From assembly GCF_009914755.1 (NCBI RefSeq), contig NC_060925.1: 64,000 nucleotides of DNA; one strand, given 5' to 3'. Below, piece by piece: positions 54,919 through 64,000 of this stretch. Numbering within the stretch: the stretch's first letter is position 1; each line of letters begins with the position of its first letter. Made by a program: the position numbers and the translations under genes. This stretch comes from the human T2T-CHM13v2.0 reference genome, Homo sapiens. The notes beneath the pieces were generated by a model, which was given only the letters and a program-made list of their open reading frames with translations, had not been told where the DNA came from and made no database searches.

Positions 54919-57900
54919 CTAAACCATTCTGCTGCTCATTTTATCACTGGCACTAGGAATGGAGGTTTTATTATGCAAAGGAATTTCCGATACATGCCTT
55001 TGAAGTTGGATTTAATTAATTCAAGACACATAATTATATAAAGTGAGCATCTGCAGTACCCGTAGTATTCATCCTGAAAATAGTTTCCAAAACTCAATGC
55101 ATTCAGAACTTCAAAAAAATTAATGTAGCAAAATCTGCATTAACTCTAAAATTCAGCTTTAATGCAGGTATCAAAAACTTCAAAAAAACAAATTCCCTAT
55201 GTGGAATCAAAAAGATCTTTCAGGTTCATTCGATGATTTTTCACTTTGCTTTGTTTCTGTTTCCATTTAGCCCTATTTTAATGCTTATTTTACTAAACTC
55301 AAACATAGGGAGTACTTTATTTTCTAACATGTTTGTCTCCGTATGTTTTTTTCAATAATTTAACGTCCATTTCTAACTTGCCTATCAGTCCCAGGTCTTT
55401 TTAGATCTTTCTCAATTATGGTTGTTATTTTCATAATATCTAAATCATATCATATGTAATTGTTCTATTAAAATGTATTCTGTCTTTACATTTCAATGAG
55501 CTAAACATGCTTTATCTTGAGTGATAAATGTTTTTTCCCCTAAATAATACCAACATAAGCCTATACTTGATACAGCCAGTTAAAGTTAGAACAAAAACTT
55601 TAGAGAAAATTTCTGGTCAATTAGTGTGTCACTGAGTTAATGAATCATTTAATTACCACTTGCTTGGGTTATTTGTCCCCTCACTTTATCAATAAAGAAC
55701 ACAGTATGACATAAGAAACTTCCAAGTTTGAACTAAGTCACAGCCAGGACCTCTGATTTCTAATGTACCTGAAACTAACATACTCTACAGAAAAGATGAG
55801 GGGTCTCATAACCTCTGCATATTCAATGCTTTCATATTCAATTGTTTGTTTTTAAAGAAATTAGTTTATTAGAGACAGAGAGAGAACGAATCTTTCCCTT
55901 GATAATTTCCACTAAACTTTATAAATATGCTTAGAATGGAAATGAATGAGAAGAAACAGAGGATGAAGGAGACATCAGAAATTTTCAGCCCTGTGTTTTA
56001 CCTCTGGAGAATTCTTATTGTCATGAAGAACATGAACATGGGGGGTGGGGGGCAGTACAGGAAAGGAACAACTGCAAGCTGCCATGCTGAGTTTAACAAC
56101 AATCATCAAAAGGGGCTTTGGGAGCTCACCAGCTGCAAAGTTTTTGTATTAGGCTGTGATTCCATTGGGAGGATGGGAGCCCCTAAATAATGATGTCAAA
56201 GGGGTTTTTACATGCCCAGGAAGCTATTTCAAGCAAACAAAAATCTACATTTATTCCTAATGGAGGTTAAGGCCTTTGGGGATTAGAGATAGAGAGTGTA
56301 GATGGCTATTATCTAAATAAACTTACTGTTCCTAGCACAACAAAGGAATATATTCCTAAAAAGAAATATAGGATATTATTTTCACCGTAAAACTGCAAAG
56401 AAATGAACACTTTTTCCAAGAACAAACAAAAATGTCAGAAGTTTCATTTTGAAAGTTATACGGCAAAGTGAATTTGAGAATTAAAAGGGAATTAGAGGAT
56501 AATTTCAAGAGGAATTTCATTAACGGAGATTTCTGCATCATATTTTCATGCTTTTTTTATTATAGAGTGTAATTCTTAATGACTGCTTCAACAAAATTTG
56601 GGGAAAGTAAAATTACATTGCCATTGCTGCTAAGTTGTAACTGACCTTCTCTCTTGTACTTGTATTCTACCCAGTACAGCCCAGTAAATGCAGCATGTTC
56701 ACGTTCACTTGTCCAAAGCAAAATGACTTCTTTCCCAAGACACAATGAAGAGATTAAAGGGAGATATCTTCAATGAACAGACCAAAATGTCACCTAACAA
56801 CATGCTTAGTAAATAGGTACCTTTGCAAATGAAACTCTTAGTATCACATTGGGAATTACCATAGAAAACCACATTAAACTTATTGTAAACTGACTTTATC
56901 CATAAACACAAAAAAAATCAAAAGGGATAAATGTAAGACAGTTCACTTAAGACATAGTATAGGTTTCTTGCAAACATGGCTAAAAATTACTTAACACCAT
57001 AATGAATAACAAGGATCGGTAAGAGTCAGTAATGAAACGATGTCTGAAGCAAGCACTGAAATATACCTAGGCATAGCACATGCAAAAAATGTGATGCTAT
57101 GCTTTTTCAACCATAATGACCTGTAAATTGTTTTATACTAAGGCCCAACGGTTCTAGCAATGCTGTATAATCTCACATCTTTCCCCTGTCAAATGAAGAA
57201 AAAATTAAAAGATACACAAACATAAATATATCTTTTCAAACATATAGCATGCCTGGGTATTGTTTATATGATTCAGTGGAAATCAACATGGTTTGCTGGT
57301 GTGTCTGGTTTTTTGTGTTTTAATATTTATATTGCATAGCTATCCAAAATTGTTCAGAGTTTTGAAAGAACCAAGTTGTGAAAAATTGTGGATAGGCAGG
57401 AATTCTGACAAGCTTTCTAAACATGACCCTTTATTTCAACATGAAGATAAAGAGGCAAAGCTATACTGATTGAACAGAAAACAAGAATGGGACTTAAAAA
57501 AAAAACAAGAGTTGGATAGACAGTGTTCTTCCTTCTAGTTGATAGGAAGGCCACACAGTGTAAAACTATACTCACAACTTTGGTGTTCACATGCACAATC
57601 TTCACCACTTAGAAAGAAGCAGCTTTATTAGTGCTTATAAAAATTCATTAGTCCCTATAAAACCAGAACCAATTCAGCAGATAAGTAAATAAAACAATAT
57701 AAAGAAAATAAATTCACAAACTTTAATGTAGAATTTCAGAAAATGTTAAAGTTCACTGAGAAATACTATTTAGTGTGATTAAGATAATAAAAATAAATCA
57801 ATAATGCAAACACAGTATTAATAACTTGAAGTTTTCAAATTTGAGAGGTTTTGTTCTCATGAGAATATTCTCTCAAAAGTAGTTTAGTTATATGAATAAG

Positions 57901-58149
57901 ATTTCTGGATAATAATTGATCTGCATAGGCTATTAAAAATTGCCTGTTTATACAGGTCTGACTTTCAAAGCCCCAATCTTGAGTACGTGTCAAGGTTAGC
58001 CTTACCATACGAATCAGAGTGACATCTAGTGGCAACTCCATTGAAGTACTACTTGGTACTTCATCTGTTGTAAATACAAATGAACAGTACCTAGCATATG
58101 GCAGGCCCTCACACACTGTTGCATGAATACTTTAATATTTTAAGCTAAT

Positions 58150-59180
58150 ATTATAATTTCCTCAGTTCTACTGAACTTCCTCCTTCCTTTTCCTTACCAC
58201 TTCTAGTCCTTCATTCTCTCCCTATTTTCTCAGTTGAAAAGTTCCCTTCTACTTGTCTCATTCTATGGAATCCCTGATCATTCTATATTTTTCTAATCCA
58301 CTTTTTCTTTCATTATACACATCTTATCAGTCTCCATCCTAGGTATATGATATAATCCATTTTATGTGGAACTCTTCTGAGTACTGCTATACTAAATCAC
58401 GAAACTAAACCAAATAAATCTATCATAATTCATGCAAACCTGGGAAATTATTTCATTCATCTCTAGTTGACTTGATCATGATTGTTTTCTAAAGGAATCA
58501 TGCCACATCTTCTTTATCCCTCTTCAAACCCCTCTCCCCCAACCCCATCTTTCTCATTTTATAATATCCCTACTTCCTAGAAAGCAGGGAAACCATTAAA
58601 CGTGAATAACTTCAACTTCCCAGCTCTCTACTTCAAACATTCAGAATACCCCCTTTACTTATAACAAAGGAAGTCATATACATTCTAGTTTTCAAGAACT
58701 AACCCCTCTTTCTTGTGTCCCATCTTTACTGTCATCTAAGATTTGATTATGTCAAATGATGAATCTCTCTCTTGGATCTTTCTGAATTTCCCTCTGTATT
58801 TTGACTCCATTCCTTCAACCTATGAATATGCTCAAAACATCCCATCCAAAAATCATCTTTCTTTGGCTTGCTGTAATCTATTTTCTTTCCTTTTATCAAA
58901 AAATAACTCAGAAGAAAAATCTATGATTACTGTCTCCATTTCTTCAGTATCCATTCACTCTTCAACTCCTGCCAATTTGCTATTTACCATCACTACTACT
59001 GATCTCCACAAAGTCACCAATGAGGTTATCAGTGGCCTCTTTACAGGCCTTGTTGTCCTTGAATCCTGAAATAATGCTGTAATAATTGCTCTTGCTTGGC
59101 ATCTAAAGTGAAGTGATCTTTTTATTCTCTTCCAATCTCCCTCATAACTCCTTCTCTGCTTTCTTCTCCTTCTCATATAG
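58150..59180 (+). mobile_element. L2 LINE fragment(s)
   Basis: Pyrimidine-rich, with ccctacttcctagaaa, ctgtctccatttc, cattcactcttcaac, aaagtcaccaatga. Confidence 0.6.
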
Positions 59181-59532
59181 GCTAAATGCAATATGGCCTC
59201 ATATATACTTGAGCAAATAAAGAGGCGAAGTCATGCTTTTATAAAGAAAGTGCTTCAGTTTCTAAATAGAAATTGATTTGCCTATGAATTTAGCTCAAAA
59301 TTATGTACTGCTTAATACCCTCCTTTCCTTCAAAGTAATGCTTTAACCCTACTTGGTTAAATTTGCCCCAATTATTTCAAATCATAATTCACTGTCCCTA
59401 ATAAACCAAATTTTATCTTGCATTAACATACATTTTGTATCATCTTTAGATGTGTCCTAAGGTTTTAAAAATTCTCTATTATGTTAACTTGCAACTACTG
59501 TATGCCTCCTTCTCCCACCTTCTCTCCCCTCT

Positions 59533-59586
59533 CACATGCATGCACGTATACACACACACACACACACACGCACGCACGCACACACG
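59533..59586. repeat. Compound (CA)n/(CG) alternating purine-pyrimidine tract
   Basis: cacatgcatgcacgtata(ca)9cgcacgcacgcacacacg. Confidence 0.9.
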
Positions 59587-59684
59587 GTATTTTACAAGGA
59601 CAGCAAGCTCAATGCCTTTGTCCTCCACTTCTGGGCATTTCTTCAAAATGTTTTAAATCTGAATATACTACTCTTTACCGGTAA

Positions 59685-60016
<332 letters not shown>

Positions 60017-63000
60017 AATTAAGGCCAATACTTCAATAACTGTTCATTAAAAAGAAATAATGTTTTTTAAAAGAAAAAAAACTGACTTTTGTTTTAGCTG
60101 TTGGTACTGATACTATCAGTCTATAAACACTACAAACACACAGAAAGTGAGATAATGCTTTGGAAAAAGATTAATTTTCTAATTCTGAGCTAACTGGCCC
60201 AATTTTACTTGTGAAAACTGCTCTATAATTTGTCACAACTCTAATTTACACCAAACTCAACATAATTTTCTTAAATGCTTCTCAAAAAAAAAAAGACTCT
60301 GAAAGAGAAGGACTTCTGGAAAATTAGCAGCAAAGAATCATGAAGAACAATATTTGAAGCCTCTATACAACTTTTATAAAACATTTGCCACAAGGCAAGT
60401 TTTGGTGTGTGCAAAAATCCATTTGTAGACCAGCTGTGACAGACTCTTTAAAGCATATCCAAGGCAATGATAAATGAAGCAGACATTCATGCCAAACGCT
60501 TGGATTTAGATTTACGTATCAAGAAAGCTTTAATAAGTAATCCTACAAGGAATACAGTTGTATCTACATTTTGTGTAAGTAATAGTTGCTCATTTCTTTT
60601 TAGGGGAGGGGGGAATGCTATATTCATCTTTTAAAATAAATTCTTCATTTTTGTTTTGTTATTTTTTCTCCTTAGTCTAGTGAAGAGAGAGTCAGACAGG
60701 ATATTCTGCTATGAGGCCCTGGCAAATCTAGTCCATTGTTGTGGGGAGAGGGGCACTTTGATCTGGAAGATACACAGGGACTCAGATTTAGAAATGCAGC
60801 CTGGAAAAAGCATTCTAGTGCTGAATGGACCTTTGTCTACAGGAACAGTTCCTGAGACATGCATGGAAGAGCTGAAACAGGACCCAGCCCACAGGGGAAG
60901 AGAGCTTGCAGGGAAGGTGGGGAGGGGGACAGAAAAGTAGGCTGTAGCTATTCCAGGTGAGTTCTTCGGTATCAAGAGAGTTTAGGGAGGTTGGATTATC
61001 CTCCAGGAACTTCAGCACTGGAGCCTACAACTATCTAGGACCATTTTAATTAGCTAATCTGCTATTCACATTTATACCCCACTCAACCAAAACTCTACTA
61101 GCTTCAGGGAAAGGTGGAGGACACTACAGAATTGGTACTCTGATTGGCTAGCCAATCACAGCCAGCTGTTGAGCTGGGTTAATGCTGTATACAGGGTCCA
61201 AAACAGTGCAGGTTGGGCGACCTCTGTTTTATTATTTAAGAGATAACTGAAAGTTTCTTTGCTTTTGATACAAAACCAAAAATCATTAAATGAGAGAACA
61301 TTTTTAACTAAGAAAAAAATTTTTAAACTGAAAAGTACAAAAAATACACTTATCCAAAATCAGGCATATATGCATCTGAAAGGTATATCTACTAAAGTGA
61401 TATGACATAACAATTTTAAATAGTCCTGAAATGTTGAATTAATTATAGTAACCATGAGCACTGCTTTCCGAACAGCTTTGATTCTGAAATGAACATTCTT
61501 TGTATTTGATGACACTAATTCAGCCTTTTTGTGGTCGATGCTATAAATGTTACGGAAATTATGTACTGCCCATGTTCATTACCTAAATTTCACATAATAA
61601 TAGGTTTGTTAAATTAATTTTTCCCTAAAATAGATAAAACAATTACTCCTTATTAAGCATTAATCACTTGCCAAATTTAATTTTCTAAAACAACCTCATT
61701 TCAATTACACACAAGTCTTAGATTTGGTATTTTCAACTTTTCATTTTATTTTTTCAAATTCAAATAGACTTTAGATTTTAAAATAACAGAAACACTTTGC
61801 AGGTAGTCCCTTGGTTTATAAGTGGTGTGAAATTCACTGTAGCTTCTGGGAACTCTGAATGCTTTGCTCCAGAGAACAATTATATAAATAGTTAACTCTG
61901 AGGATGCTGTCATAAAGGTCTATTAACAGTACTAGTTAGTTTAACAGTACTAGTTAGTACCATTAAATCAGCTCTAATTCTAGGCTCTTGGGATGAAAGT
62001 GTGGGGGGAAAGGAAGTTAAAGTTTTCATCCCTTTTCCCAGGCACAGACTTCGTCCCAAGCAGACATCTGAAGTGGGCAAATGGAATTTTGGCATAGTTT
62101 CTACCCCCTTTCCCAATACATAGTCTTTTCCTACATCCTCTTGTTGTTTCTACCAGTCACAAGGTCTTCATGCTTCCTCCATCATGTTATGCCATTTTGA
62201 TTTGCCTTAAGTTCTCCAAATGTCCCATATTTCAAAATTTAAGCCCTATATCACCATCCGATTTCACAGGCAACACAAAGAATGCGAACTGCTTCTAAGG
62301 AGTAAGTGAATGAACATGCCTAAACCTTTTTAAAAGTAATTAAGTTCCATGACTATGAACTTAAATAAATGTATAATCTATGGGGTCTTAAGCAGTGTAA
62401 AAAATTAAAGTAAAAGCAACATTTTAAAAAGAAAGCTAGGGAATATAAAGCAAGGTATTTGGATGCAGAAAGTTCCTACGTAAGCAGATTAGCACTAACC
62501 TAAAAGCGTACGATTTTTCACTTTCCTACAGTTTCTTCCCCTTTCCCCTAAACATAGTTTCTCAAAATCTAGTATCTTCAAAATTGACCTAAAAATTGAA
62601 AGAGAAACAAGCCAACAATGTCCCCTTAGATATATATACACACAAATGACCCTAGGAAATCTGTTTTCAATAAAAAACTTCTAGAATTTGGTTTAAGAAA
62701 GAAATGTCCTTTCAGTATGTACATCTGATAGTTGTATAATACTGTTCTTTTGTACCTCAATGCTGATCAAGGTTGGTAGAGAAATGAATGTTTCTTCTAG
62801 GAGTTGTAACCATTTCATCATAATATATTCCTCATCAAGACTCTCCAGTTGTTCTCTATTGTCTGCTATGTCAAACACAACTCTTGAACAGGTTAGGGGC
62901 TTAGGTAGTAGAGTGTAAAATAACTGAATAGGAACATTGAGATATTTTATGGCAAACCTCCAGAACTAAATTGAAGGGCTAGAATCCCATCTTTTCCCAT

Positions 63001-63505
63001 GAAGCCTTCTATAAAGCAAAGATGGAGAAGTAACAATGAACCCTCTCTTCTAATAATGTGACATAGGTTAGCGCTTAATGTATATACTGTCTTGAATTAT
63101 TCTCTGTGTGTTTCATATACTGGTCTTATTCTCTGGGTAGATAATGAAAGCCTGGAAGTAGATTATGTACAATTTGCCTCATCTCTATTTATTTTCCCAG
63201 TTTCCTTATTATAGAGCACGCTTTCACTCTCAACAGGGTACTGGTTTGGAAGATACACAGCCAGCTTATCCTTAAAGTAAAAGACCATGTCTTAAGTTTC
63301 TTTTCTGACATCAAATACCTACTATACACTCAAGGGAAACTTTGATTTGTTTGACTGAACTCCAAATTTATTATGGAGTCATTATTTTCTTGGTTACAGT
63401 CTCATGGCCCTCTGTACTTTCCATAATTAGCATTTACCACAGTTGATAATTACACTGAATGATTAGCTGTAGAATGCCTGTATCTGCATTTGATTTTACT
63501 GTGAG

Positions 63506-64000
63506 CAGTGGTACTCAAAACCAGGAGTAGTGATGTGCTCCCCACCCTCACTGGACATTTGGCAACACATAGAGACATTCTTGGTTACTGCCAATGTGCT
63601 GAGGGATGGAGAGATAGGAGGTGCTGTTACCAAGTGCAGGGTCCCCACCCCTGGGCCGCGGATGGTGGCTGTTAGGAACCAGGCCACGCAGCAAGAGGTG
63701 AGCAGCAGGTGAGCGAGCATTACCACCTGAGCTCCACCTCCTATCAGATCAGCTGTGGCAACAGATTCTCACAGGAGTGCGAACCCTATTGTGAACTGTG
63801 CATGCGAGGGATCTAGGTTGCATGGTCCTTTGAGAATCTAACTAATACCTGATGGTCTGAAGTGCAACAGTTTCATCCCAAAACCGTCCCCCCTCCCACA
63901 CACCACCCAGGTTCACAGAAAAACTGTGTTCCATGAAAGCAGCCCCCGGTGCCAAGAAGGCTGGAGACAGCTGACCTCACGGGCAGAAGCCAGGGATGCT
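63506..64000. mobile_element. MER20 (hAT) interrupted by MER1B
   Basis: cagtggtactcaaa...ggacatttggcaa...gagacattcttggtt. Resumes after 63973 with gcagaagccagggatgct. Confidence 0.75.
63637..63973 (+). mobile_element. MER1B (hAT-Charlie)
   Basis: cagggtccccacccc...ctgttaggaaccaggccacgcagca...gaaccctattgtgaactgtgcatgcgagggatctaggttgc...ggtgccaagaaggctggagacagctg. Confidence 0.9.

Noticed and set aside
62693-62878. Protein-looking ORF (…EQLESLDEEYIMMKWLQLLEE…) on the AKT3 strand
   Set aside because: Not AKT3 sequence, non-ATG start, no convincing splice sites and no family I recognise. A tblastn/Dfam search would settle it.

Overview
AT-rich, Alu/L2/MIR/LTR/DNA-transposon-laden primate DNA, almost certainly human. 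One coding exon is visible: 4751-4876 on the minus strand (126 nt, phase 1-1). It translates to (G)[41 protein letters not shown](K), the N-terminal PH-domain exon of AKT3 (c.47-172, containing the E17 hotspot codon). Everything else is intron: 1-4750 is downstream intron and 4877-64000 is part of the very long upstream intron. The supplied ORFs are repeat-derived or chance ORFs, and the real exon is missing from the track. The non-repeat signals most worth checking are on the AKT3 sense strand: a textbook recursive-splice motif (polyY-TTAG|GTAAGA at 10791/10790), a second AG|GT site heading a 25-nt exon (17525-17549), a candidate frame-preserving 18-nt microexon with two donors (50931/50909-50948), and a decoy acceptor 28 nt upstream of the real exon. 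There are also two repeat-free blocks dense in neural TF motifs (about 22.3-23.5 kb and 41.8-42.3 kb), a young Ya5-lineage Alu, an apparent locally templated insertion, and several palindromes and tandem duplications. I see no evidence of a wholly new multi-gene system. Repeat subfamily names come from remembered consensus sequences, and their boundaries are approximate.
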